A stretch of DNA of 13,918 bases from Bdellovibrionota bacterium (GCA_044356295.1 JBIKWN010000064.1:1-13918); one strand, 5' to 3'. Shown: positions 1 to 8,269, counted from the stretch's first letter. Numbers and translations are program-made. The notes: generated by a model not told the origin, from the letters alone.

Positions 1-867
1 GTTACAGGTGTTGATTTTTTTGTAGATTATTACCCTCGTGCCATGAAGGAAAAAAATCTTTCATCTGCAAAGACGAACTCTTCATTTAGTTGTGTTGAAG
101 CTGATCTAGCAACAATGGATATCGATGCTCTTGTACGTGGTAAGGATTATATATTCCATCAAGCTGCTCAAGCTGGTGTTCGCGCCTCATGGGGTGAAAA
201 GTTTGATACGTATACTCATCATAATATTCTGGCTACTCAACGCCTACTAGAATCTTGCGTTGATTCACCAACATTAAAACGTATTATGTATGCTTCAAGC
301 TCATCTATATACGGTGATGCTGAAAGTTATCCAACTCATGAAAAACTTCTACCACGTCCGAAAAGTCCTTACGGCGTTACGAAACTTGCAGCTGAACATT
401 TGATGATGCTTTATACAACCGAATTTGGAGTCCCAACAACGTCACTTCGATATTTTACTGTGTTTGGACCACGTCAAAGACCTGATATGGCGTTTCATCG
501 ATTCATAAGAGCTGGATTAACAAAAGAGCCAGTTCCTTTGTATGGAACTGGAGCACAGATTCGAGACTTTACTTTTATCAGTGATATTGTTGCTGCAAAT
601 TTAGCAGCTGCATGTTCAAACAATACAATAGGAGAAGTGTATAACCTCGGTGGTGGTACGGAAGCCTCAATTACAGAAGTTCTCTCGATTATCGAAGCCC
701 GTATTCCTCAGTTAGTTATCGATAGACATCCTGCTCAAAAAGGTGATGCAACAAAAACATGCGCAGATACCAGTAAAGCGAAAAATGCTTTTGGATTCGC
801 TCCTAAAGTTTCTTTAGTTGAAGGGATTGAGCATGAGATAGCTTGGTTAAAAAAAGAGATAAGCTAA
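1..867 (+). CDS. NAD-dependent epimerase/dehydratase (extended SDR), UDP-glucuronate 4-epimerase-like; 5'-truncated by the window edge
   Basis: Frame 1 is open from base 1 (VTGVDFFVDYYPRAMKEKNL), so the true start and the GxxGxxG motif lie upstream and ATG43 is internal. Motifs: FHQAAQAGVR, YASSSSIYG, catalytic YGVTK (YxxxK), LRYFTVFGPRQRPDMA (typical of UDP-GlcA 4-epimerase-like SDRs), RDFTFISDIV, YNLGGG. Confidence 0.9.
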   Translation, partial: VTGVDFFVDYYPRAMKEKNLSSAKTNSSFSCVEADLATMDIDALVRGKDYIFHQAAQAGVRASWGEKFDTYTHHNILATQRLLESCVDSPTLKRIMYASSSSIYGDAESYPTHEKLLPRPKSPYGVTKLAAEHLMMLYTTEFGVPTTSLRYFTVFGPRQRPDMAFHRFIRAGLTKEPVPLYGTGAQIRDFTFISDIVAANLAAACSNNTIGEVYNLGGGTEASITEVLSIIEARIPQLVIDRHPAQKGDATKTCADTSKAKNAFGFAPKVSLVEGIEHEIAWLKKEIS

Positions 868-892
868 TCTTTTTTATTTTTTCTTCTTAGTG

Positions 893-1891
893 ATGAAAAT
901 ATTACTCCATCAAACAGCTTTTTTAGGAGATATCATTCTATCAACGCCAGTTATAGGTGCAATTTCTCGAATGTACCCGCATGCAGAGCTTTCAATCGTA
1001 ACCACACCTCTTGGAGCGGAACTATTAAAACACGATCCTCGGATACGACACATAATCGTGGATGATAAAAAGGGTATACATCGTTCGGTGAAAGGAGTTT
1101 TTGCACTTGTATCAAAGATACAATCATTTCAGTTTGATACGGTATTTTCGTTGCATAAATCCTGGAGGACTTCTCTTATACTTTGGCTCTCAAAAATTCC
1201 TAAGAGAATAGGATTTACATCTGCAAAGCTTTCATTTTTGTATCATGAGAAAAAATCCAGAGATATCTCTCTTCACGATGTGCAGAGAAACTTGCAAATA
1301 ATAGAGGGTGGTTCATCAGATCTTGATACCTTGCAATTATATCCTGAAGACATTTCGTTGCAGGATCGTGCAACGTTATTTGGTATGAGCGATGCTCCGT
1401 ATGTTGTTATTGCTCCTGGTAGTGCATGGAAAACAAAACGATGGAGCGAGAATCATTTTAAAAATCTTGTACAGATACTTTCAAAAAAAACAAATGTAGT
1501 GCTTGTTGGTTCTCAAGAAGAAAGATCTCTTGCCGAATTTGTGAAGGATAACAATGACAATGTTCTTAACCTTTGTGGAACGTTGTCCTTAAGTCAGACA
1601 CTTGCCATAGTTTCAAAAGCTTCTTCTGTTATTTGTAATGATAGTATGATGCTTCATGTGGCTTCGACTTTTAAACGTCCGGTAGTGGCGTTATTTTGTG
1701 CAACAAGTCCTTCTTTCGGGTTTGGACCATGGCAAACGCAATTTCGAATTCTCGAGAGTCAAGCACTCTCTTGTAAACCTTGTCTGAGGCATGGTTCTCA
1801 AGTTTGTCCAACAGGAACAGAGCGTTGTAGAACCGATGTGGGAGTCAACCAAGTTATACATGCATTAAGTGAGTTAGAATGTCAGAGATAA
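893..1891 (+). CDS. Glycosyltransferase family 9, LPS heptosyltransferase (WaaF/RfaF-like)
   Basis: N-terminal KILLHQTAFLGDIILSTP, IAPGSAWKTKRW, ICNDSMMLHVASTFKRPVVALF and C-terminal CKPC..HG...CP.G...C are GT9 motifs. ATG893 is preferred over the adjacent GTG890. Confidence 0.9.
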   Translation: MKILLHQTAFLGDIILSTPVIGAISRMYPHAELSIVTTPLGAELLKHDPRIRHIIVDDKKGIHRSVKGVFALVSKIQSFQFDTVFSLHKSWRTSLILWLSKIPKRIGFTSAKLSFLYHEKKSRDISLHDVQRNLQIIEGGSSDLDTLQLYPEDISLQDRATLFGMSDAPYVVIAPGSAWKTKRWSENHFKNLVQILSKKTNVVLVGSQEERSLAEFVKDNNDNVLNLCGTLSLSQTLAIVSKASSVICNDSMMLHVASTFKRPVVALFCATSPSFGFGPWQTQFRILESQALSCKPCLRHGSQVCPTGTERCRTDVGVNQVIHALSELECQR

Positions 1892-2616
1892 AAAATGAAC
1901 TTATTCGATTTCGTTCTCGTGGGTATCGTTTATATACGAGAGAGAAAGCTATTTCGCCCAGCGATGTAGAAAGGCTCATTGATTTAGTCGAGAGAGCGAA
2001 GAAGACGCCGATGAATGATTCAAAAACATTGTACGGAAGAACAGCACTGATCGAGGGCACTTTAGAAAATGGAAGAGCGCTCGTCGTAAAGTCTTATCAT
2101 CGAGGTGGATTTTTAAGACACTTGCTTCCCCCTATACATTTAAGAATTTTTGAAACTCGATGCCGAAGAGAGTCTCTTATTTTAGAAAAAGTAAAATCTC
2201 TCAATGGCAAAGTGCCTCAAGCTATTTGTTATGTTGAAGAAGGCGAGTTCTTTTATAATGGTTGGCTCGTTACCGAAAGAATTCAAGATGGTGTTAATCT
2301 TCTTGACTATATTGCTGAACACCCAGCAGAGACTCAAAAAAAGTTATCACTTTTATCAGAACAGATGAAAATTTTGATTCAAGCCGGAATTCATCATGTA
2401 GATTTACATCCTGGTAACGCAGTCGTTGCCGGAGATGGTTCTGTCTTTATCGTTGATTTTGATAAAGCCTATTTTTATTGTGGAAGAAAAAATACGTTAC
2501 GAGACCTTTATCTAAGACGCTGGAGAAGGGCAGTAATAAAGCATCGCCTTCCTGAAGTTTTAACTGAAATGGTATCTTTAGCCTTGAGAGAAAACTTTGA
2601 GTATTCATCAATTTAG
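1879..2616 (+). CDS. Lipopolysaccharide kinase of the Kdo/WaaP family, most similar in motif pattern to 3-deoxy-D-manno-octulosonic acid kinase (KdkA-like)
   Basis: GR...LVVKSYHRGG (cf. KdkA GRG...LRHYxRGG), catalytic loop HHVDLHPGN, metal-binding IVDFDKA. Overlaps the upstream GT9 by 13 nt, consistent with translational coupling. Confidence 0.8.
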   Translation: MSEIKNELIRFRSRGYRLYTREKAISPSDVERLIDLVERAKKTPMNDSKTLYGRTALIEGTLENGRALVVKSYHRGGFLRHLLPPIHLRIFETRCRRESLILEKVKSLNGKVPQAICYVEEGEFFYNGWLVTERIQDGVNLLDYIAEHPAETQKKLSLLSEQMKILIQAGIHHVDLHPGNAVVAGDGSVFIVDFDKAYFYCGRKNTLRDLYLRRWRRAVIKHRLPEVLTEMVSLALRENFEYSSI

Positions 2617-2621
2617 TACCC

Positions 2622-3647
2622 ATGCAATATTCAAAACTACAGGATAAAAGTCGTGTACTAATCATCTTGATGGGTGCTCTTGGTGATGTTGTGCGTGGAC
2701 TGCACATTGCTGATGCAATCAAATCATCAAATCCATCGGTGATTATTGATTGGTTGGTTGAACCAAAATGCGAAGGGATTGTGAGGCTTTCACCAAGTGT
2801 TAATTCCGTCATTGTTTTCACTCGAACAAAACCATTCTCAGGTGTGATTAGTTTATATAAAACCTTACGTCAGAATCGTTATGAGTACGTTTTGGATATG
2901 CAACGTCACTTTAAAAGTGGTCTTTTTAGTTTTTTAACCGGAGCTAATCATCGAATTGGTTTTCATCGTATTGATTCAAAAGAGGGAAATTTTCTTTTTT
3001 CAACTGAAACTATTCCTTATCAGAAAGAAGTTGAGAATAAATTTTATCACTATCAAAGATTTTTAGATGTTTTAGGTGTTGATAGACCGAAAAGTTATGA
3101 AACGAAACTACTTTTCTCACAAAGAAATTCATTCTTGAATCGTTCAGATGGGTCATTGAATGTTTTTGTTACCCTTGGTTCTTCTTGGAATTCAAAAAAT
3201 TGGTTTGTAGAGGGATATATTGAGGTAATAAAACAATTACTTCTAAACCCAACTATTAAAATTGCACTCATCGGAGGCAACGATCAGCTAGAGCAAGCCA
3301 CTAAGATTGAAAGCCATTTTCAGGCCCCACGTATCGTCAATGTTGTTGGAAAAACGAGCTTGGATGACCTTTGTTCAATCATTTCTAATTCAAATGCTGG
3401 TTTTGGACCTGATTCTGGACCTGGACATATCGCATCAGCATTGGGAGTGCCCTATGTGGCACTTTTCGGTCCCACAGACCCTAATTTGGTGGCTCCAGCA
3501 GGGATGGAAGGGCTCGTTGTACGATCAGGGGTTGGATGTTCCCCATGTTATAAGCGACAATGTCCAGGGCTTGGTGAGGTCTGTATGAGGCAGCTCAGCC
3601 CACACATTATTTCTAATAAGCTTCTTCAAAGTTTGAAGATTTTATAG
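2622..3647 (+). CDS. Glycosyltransferase family 9, LPS heptosyltransferase (WaaC/RfaC-like)
   Basis: RVLIILMGALGDVVR...IDWLVE (WaaC-like N-terminus), VLDMQRHFKSG, GSSWNSKNW, GPDSGPGHIASALGVPYVALFGPTDP, C-terminal CSPCYKRQCP...C. Confidence 0.88.
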   Translation: MQYSKLQDKSRVLIILMGALGDVVRGLHIADAIKSSNPSVIIDWLVEPKCEGIVRLSPSVNSVIVFTRTKPFSGVISLYKTLRQNRYEYVLDMQRHFKSGLFSFLTGANHRIGFHRIDSKEGNFLFSTETIPYQKEVENKFYHYQRFLDVLGVDRPKSYETKLLFSQRNSFLNRSDGSLNVFVTLGSSWNSKNWFVEGYIEVIKQLLLNPTIKIALIGGNDQLEQATKIESHFQAPRIVNVVGKTSLDDLCSIISNSNAGFGPDSGPGHIASALGVPYVALFGPTDPNLVAPAGMEGLVVRSGVGCSPCYKRQCPGLGEVCMRQLSPHIISNKLLQSLKIL

Positions 3648-3675
3648 TTACTTATAGGTTTGATTAAAACGTTGT

Positions 3676-4692
3676 ATGTCGGATATCTCTTTTAGTAAAG
3701 AAGCCCTCCTTACTGCTCTTGCAAAAGTTAAGGGTCAAAAAATTCTTGTCGTCGGTGATCTTATCCTCGATCGATATATTTGGGGTAAGGTTGATAGAAT
3801 ATCACCTGAAGCTCCAGTACCAGTTGTCGAAGTAAAAAAAATTGAAGATCGACTTGGTGGTGCTGGAAACGTAGTCAGGAACCTGTGTAATCTTGGCTGC
3901 GATATTACCGTTTGCGGATATGTAGGTGATGATGATGAAGGAGCTGTCATCCTCAAACTGTTACGTGACAGTAATGTCGGTAAGGATGGTGTTATCATTG
4001 ATCGAGAACATCCAACCTGTTTAAAAACAAGAGTCATTGCACATCCTCAACAAATAGTTCGAATTGATAGAGAGGATAGGTCTCCACGTGCTATGCCATT
4101 ACAGTCAGCGTTTGCATCGATGACTGAAGCCCACCTGAAAGATATGGGCGCTGTAATTATTTCAGATTACGCTAAGGGCACAATTTCTCCACTCATCATG
4201 GAGCGCTTTAAGGAGAGTTTTACCCATGGAGTGACTGGTGTTGGAAAAGTTCCTGTAGTTGTTGATCCTCATCCATCTCATTTTGATTTATATCAAAAAA
4301 TTACAATTGCTAAACCGAACAGAAAAGAAGCAGAAGCTGCAGTAGGTCGAAAAATAACAGATAAAAATTCTGCTATAGCCGCAGCACATGAGCTTATGAA
4401 GCGCTGGGATGCAGAGCTGATGATGATAACACTTGGAGAGGGCGGAATGGTCATCACTGAACGTGGTAAAAGTGGAGGTATTGCACTTGATACGTTAGCT
4501 CGTGAAGTATTTGATGTCAGTGGTGCAGGGGATACTGTTACTGCTGTGTTTACTGCAGCGCTCTCTGCTGGAGTAGATCTTGCAACCGCTGGACAGCTCG
4601 CCAATATTGCTGCTGGTATCGTTGTTTCTGAAGTTGGTACTGTAGCAATTCAGTATGATGTATTGAAAAAAGAGATTGAGGAGCATCATTGA
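3676..4692 (+). CDS. rfaE1: D-glycero-beta-D-manno-heptose-7-phosphate kinase (RfaE domain I / HldA, PfkB family), stand-alone
   Basis: ILVVGDLILDRYIWGKVDRISPEAPVPVV, GGAGNV, KTRVIA..QQIVRIDRE, ISDYAKG, KPNRKEA, VFDVSGAGDTV, ANIAAGIVVSEVGT. The protein ends at 338 aa with no adenylyltransferase domain. Confidence 0.95.
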   Translation: MSDISFSKEALLTALAKVKGQKILVVGDLILDRYIWGKVDRISPEAPVPVVEVKKIEDRLGGAGNVVRNLCNLGCDITVCGYVGDDDEGAVILKLLRDSNVGKDGVIIDREHPTCLKTRVIAHPQQIVRIDREDRSPRAMPLQSAFASMTEAHLKDMGAVIISDYAKGTISPLIMERFKESFTHGVTGVGKVPVVVDPHPSHFDLYQKITIAKPNRKEAEAAVGRKITDKNSAIAAAHELMKRWDAELMMITLGEGGMVITERGKSGGIALDTLAREVFDVSGAGDTVTAVFTAALSAGVDLATAGQLANIAAGIVVSEVGTVAIQYDVLKKEIEEHH

Positions 4693-4693
4693 C

Positions 4694-5611
4694 GTGTCTT
4701 TGATTCAAAGTATGACAGGATTCGGTTCTGCAGAATTCCTCGATAAACGATCTACTCGTTATGTGATTGAAATTAAATCTCTTAATCAACGTTTTCTTGA
4801 TGTTCAGGTTAAGGCACCCAGAGAACTTTCAAGTCTTGAATGGCACATACGAAAAGCTGTCTCTGCAAAACTTGGGCGGGGTAAAATAGAAGTCTCAATT
4901 CTAAAATCGAGTGCTCAATTGCAAAAAGATGAAGCTCCAGGGATGCTTCTTAATCGTGATTTGTTGTCGAAGTATCTTGAGTCGTATAGAGCTGCTACTT
5001 CTAACGCTATAGCGCACGGATATTCGATGACTCCATCTGAGCTTACATTTCTGCTATCTCAACCGGGGGTATTTTTACGAGATATTGAGTCCAATGATCT
5101 TGATGAGTCAGAAAAAGAAGATCTTCTGAATGTATTCGCTCAATCTTTAGAGGATCTTTATAGATCTCGTCATGACGAAGGGGTAGCTCTTCAAACAATT
5201 CTTGTTGAGATTCTTGAACAGTTAACTAACAACCTAACTACGGTCCGTACCTTATCTCAATCTCAAAAATCAGAGACTGAAAAGATGTACCGCGATAAAA
5301 TTAAACAGGTATTTATCGAACAGCATGTGCCTATTGATGAGTCACGTCTGATGCAAGAAGTTTTCTATCTATGCGATCGTTTAGATATTTCTGAAGAAAT
5401 ATCTCGATTAGATTCTCATCTAGCACTTATGAACAAAAAACTGACACAAGGTGGACGAATAGGGCGTGAGTTAGATTTTTTATGCCAAGAAATTGCAAGA
5501 GAATGGAATACGATTGGTTCAAAAAGTTCCAATATTGCTATCGTTTCCGCTGTGCTTGAAGCGAAAGCTTCACTAGAGAAAATTCGTGAGCAAGTTCAAA
5601 ATATTGAGTAA
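4694..5611 (+). CDS. yicC: YicC/YloC family endoribonuclease
   Basis: N-terminal IQSMTGFG, EIKSLNQRFLDV, LGRGKIEV; C-terminal DISEEISRLDSHL, GRELDFLCQEIAREWNTIGSKS, LEKIREQVQNIE. The start is most plausibly GTG4694 (GAGGAG at 4678-4683, 10 nt upstream) or TTG4700, rather than TTG4676. Confidence 0.95.
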   Translation: MSLIQSMTGFGSAEFLDKRSTRYVIEIKSLNQRFLDVQVKAPRELSSLEWHIRKAVSAKLGRGKIEVSILKSSAQLQKDEAPGMLLNRDLLSKYLESYRAATSNAIAHGYSMTPSELTFLLSQPGVFLRDIESNDLDESEKEDLLNVFAQSLEDLYRSRHDEGVALQTILVEILEQLTNNLTTVRTLSQSQKSETEKMYRDKIKQVFIEQHVPIDESRLMQEVFYLCDRLDISEEISRLDSHLALMNKKLTQGGRIGRELDFLCQEIAREWNTIGSKSSNIAIVSAVLEAKASLEKIREQVQNIE

Positions 5612-5620
5612 CTTTTGTAT

Positions 5621-6283
5621 ATGATTACACTTCAACGACAAGGAATACTTATTTGTTTATTGGGTCCAGCCGGTAGTGGCAAAACTACTCTATCAAAGAG
5701 GCTTTTAGAAGCTCTTCAAGGGACGTTGGTCCCTTCTATTTCAGTGACGACACGTCCACCAAGAGCTGGTGAAATTCATGGCGAGCACTACTTTTTTGTT
5801 TCTGTTGATGACTTTAAGTCTCGAATTAATAAAAATGAATTTTTCGAATGGGAGGAAGTTCATGGTAATTTGTATGGCACTCCTAGAAAAACACTTCAAA
5901 ATGGCATTGCTGCTGGTGTTGATATTATTTTAGATATCGATATTAAAGGCGCCAAGACTTTTGTCTCTGAATTTCCAGATAATGCTGTTTCTATTTTTCT
6001 ACTCCCACCTAGTATTGAAGAGCTTCGAAATAGGATCGAATCTCGCGGCTGCAGCAATGAAGAAGAGATCCAAAAGAGAATCAGTACTAGTAAAGATGAG
6101 TTTAGAATGCTACTCAATACTCATTCCCCTGACGTTGAACATCATTTTTCTGTCGATTACTGTGTATTAAATGAAGATATTGAGGAAGCTTTCCGGACAG
6201 TTCTTGGAATTATCGAAGGTGAGAGAAGTAAACTTTCTAGATTAGATAAGTCCTTTTTAATTGATCTTTTTGGCATAGGTTAA
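5621..6283 (+). CDS. gmk: Guanylate kinase
   Basis: P-loop GPAGSGKTT, SISVTTRPPRAGEIHGEHYFFVS, EWEEVHGNLYGT, ILDIDIKGA, IFLLPPSIEELRNRIESRG; canonical position after yicC. ATG5621 is preferred over TTG5615. Confidence 0.96.
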   Translation: MITLQRQGILICLLGPAGSGKTTLSKRLLEALQGTLVPSISVTTRPPRAGEIHGEHYFFVSVDDFKSRINKNEFFEWEEVHGNLYGTPRKTLQNGIAAGVDIILDIDIKGAKTFVSEFPDNAVSIFLLPPSIEELRNRIESRGCSNEEEIQKRISTSKDEFRMLLNTHSPDVEHHFSVDYCVLNEDIEEAFRTVLGIIEGERSKLSRLDKSFLIDLFGIG

Positions 6284-6286
6284 GAC

Positions 6287-6748
6287 ATGAATCGTATGAA
6301 AAATAATCGTCTATCCTGTTTGGTGCTTTTACTACTCATGGCCGGTTGTTCTACTGCAACAGTTTCGATGGCACCAATAACAATTTCATCAATTCGACCT
6401 GGTCCGATAGGTATTGAAACTGTTACGAGTGCTATTTCTAAAGATGAAATTTCTCGTGCACTTGAAACTGGAAGAGGCTCTTCAAATGTTAGAGTCGTTC
6501 CACTTGTTACCAGTGCTGCACAAGCACCCGCATCTGCTGAATATAGAGTATTTAATGTACGCCCTGGCTCAGTTGCAGCTCTTATAGGATTGAAAAATGC
6601 TGATATTCTCGTGGCTGCACACGACTATGTGATTCAATCACCGCAACAGTTTTACAATTATCTTCAACTATTACGTGCGCAAGAAAAATCTTCTATTGAA
6701 CTCAGGCGTGATGGTAAGCCACTTCGCATCGAATTTACGATTCAATAG
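6287..6748 (+). CDS. Putative lipoprotein with a C-terminal PDZ domain resembling that of type II secretion protein GspC
   Basis: Basic N-region, hydrophobic LVLLLL and lipobox MAGC (Cys21). C-terminal YRVFNVRPGSVAALIGLKNADIL...IELRRDGKPLRIEFTIQ matches the PDZ pattern, preceded by a RVVP segment as in GspC-type PDZ domains. The start could be ATG6296. Confidence 0.72.
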   Translation: MNRMKNNRLSCLVLLLLMAGCSTATVSMAPITISSIRPGPIGIETVTSAISKDEISRALETGRGSSNVRVVPLVTSAAQAPASAEYRVFNVRPGSVAALIGLKNADILVAAHDYVIQSPQQFYNYLQLLRAQEKSSIELRRDGKPLRIEFTIQ

Positions 6749-6752
6749 AAGA

Positions 6753-8180
6753 TTACGTTTCTGAAGCCTTAAATGATTGAAATTTAGAAGCAAGAAGATT
6801 CATAGCAAGTCTAAATGCGCCTCTACATTCCATCGTTAGGCCTGCTGCTTGCGATGCGTCTGCGTATAAAAGAATTTTTTCACCGACTGCAGATAGCGCT
6901 ATTGGTCCAATAGCATATGCAGAGGATCCAAATGGCGCTTTGAGAGCGTTTGTCTTTGAATTGAAGGACTTAATATCAAGTCGAAATAAATTAAAAGGTG
7001 AAAGTGGATCGGATATCTCTATAGATGGACCAATCGGTTTTTCAAAACCAAGAGATTCTTCGATGATAGCTTTATTACTTTCTGGAGGTACACGAACTAA
7101 GGCGGCTCTCGAAAAGAATCCACTTCGTATGAGGGATTCAAGTGCTGCATTTTTGAGCTGCTCTTCGCTCATTGCTGATTCACAGATCTTAAAAAAATCT
7201 TCAAGTTTAGTTCTACTTTGAGGCTTAACGTAACTAATTGGATAGTGTGGAACTTTTATCTGAGATGAATCTTCTTCGTTTAACTCTAGAACCTCATCTT
7301 GATCAGATGAGCTAATGAGCATACTTGCCGATGCAGGTGCTTCGTGCTCAGCTGTTTTCTTGAGATAGTCTGAAAGAGTTTTATACAGACGTTCATGCTG
7401 AATAGGAGTCATTTTAAAAAGTCGAAGCTCAGACTGGGAAGGAAGTGGTTGATCGGGGTTATAGAGACTCATTTTGCCATTATCAAAAGCATCAATAATT
7501 GCAATTGCAGATCGTATGCAAGCACGTAGATCAACATCACCTGGGTTTTTTAATTGTGTTTCTAGATCGTAAGGAAGAATAAGTTTCTCTGGTATCCCTT
7601 TGCTTCTAAGATATTTAATTCGAATTGATTCGATATTGAATTTATGATCTTTCTCAAGACGAAATGCGATATTTTTTCTCTTATGTTGCGTCAGTACATC
7701 GACATAGGTCTGACCAAGAGAGAGTAGCGCTACCATATGACCAATCTCTGAAAGTAATCCTGAGATTCTTGCAGTCGCTGCGAGTTGTGGGCGCAGTGCG
7801 GATGCGATAATAAGACTTACAATTGAGACTCGTCTGCTTTGATAACGGAGGAGGTAGAAGACCTCTTCAATTGAGTCTACTTTAATTTGTTCCCTTAAGA
7901 ACATATCTCCAAGTTCAACAATAACTCGAGCACTCCCAAGTCGCATTAATGCAGTATCAAGATCAAGTGCAGGAGCACCACTAAAAAGAGCAGAATTTGC
8001 ACCCTGTAAAAACTCCATTGTAAGAACAGGCTCATGAAGCATTAAACTAGCGACAGTCTTGAGCTTTACATTTCTTTGTCCTGCTTCCATTCTAGCTTGC
8101 ATAAGAATGGTTTGATCAGGGGGTAGTACAACAGACATTGGCTGTATTACTTTCTTTTTCTCTGCAGGTGATTGATTCAT
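6753..8180 (-). CDS. HDOD domain protein (degenerate HD motif) with a C-terminal GAF-like domain
   Basis: LPP...HEPVLTMEFLQGANSALFSG...ALMRLG and GLLSEIG correspond to the HDOD motifs DPxLxxxxLxxANS and GLLHDIG. After an acidic linker, the C-terminal GFFSRAALV...YAIGPI...LLYAD segment resembles a GAF fold. Confidence 0.78.
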   Translation of the reverse strand: MNQSPAEKKKVIQPMSVVLPPDQTILMQARMEAGQRNVKLKTVASLMLHEPVLTMEFLQGANSALFSGAPALDLDTALMRLGSARVIVELGDMFLREQIKVDSIEEVFYLLRYQSRRVSIVSLIIASALRPQLAATARISGLLSEIGHMVALLSLGQTYVDVLTQHKRKNIAFRLEKDHKFNIESIRIKYLRSKGIPEKLILPYDLETQLKNPGDVDLRACIRSAIAIIDAFDNGKMSLYNPDQPLPSQSELRLFKMTPIQHERLYKTLSDYLKKTAEHEAPASASMLISSSDQDEVLELNEEDSSQIKVPHYPISYVKPQSRTKLEDFFKICESAMSEEQLKNAALESLIRSGFFSRAALVRVPPESNKAIIEESLGFEKPIGPSIEISDPLSPFNLFRLDIKSFNSKTNALKAPFGSSAYAIGPIALSAVGEKILLYADASQAAGLTMECRGAFRLAMNLLASKFQSFKASET

Positions 8181-8234
8181 TCGTGGTTAACGATAAAGAG
8201 GTATAATTATATTACCATTCTATTCAAAAGCTTA

Positions 8235-8269
8235 CGATATAAAAAGGGCAAATTTAGTTCGATATAAAA
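8235..8269. repeat. 10-bp direct repeat upstream of the HDOD gene
   Basis: CGATATAAAA at 8235-8244 and 8260-8269 (25-nt period); a partial copy CGATAAA at 8191-8197. Confidence 0.4.

Noticed and set aside
43..867. ATG43 as the start of the epimerase
   Set aside because: The frame is open and conserved-looking from base 1 and the Rossmann GxxGxxG motif is missing, so the gene starts upstream of the window. It is not a truncated pseudogene.
868..889. T-rich tract after the epimerase stop as an intrinsic terminator
   Set aside because: No GC-rich hairpin precedes it, and the next gene starts about 25 nt later.
1483..1490. A8 homopolymer in the first GT9 (also A8 at 12285-12292 and 12863-12870) as phase-variation tracts
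   Set aside because: The runs are short, in frame and expected in AT-rich lysine-coding DNA.
1854..4789. Short alternative ORFs over the LPS genes (1854-2060, 2447-2821, 3095-3280, 3307-3588, 3735-4037, 4293-4604, 4495-4689, 4550-4789)
   Set aside because: They are antisense or off-frame shadows of well-supported genes and carry no motifs.
6287..6748. Calling the gene after gmk rpoZ, or a true gspC
   Set aside because: It has no omega-subunit motif. It has a lipobox, lacks the GspC TM and HR domains, and has no neighbouring gsp genes.
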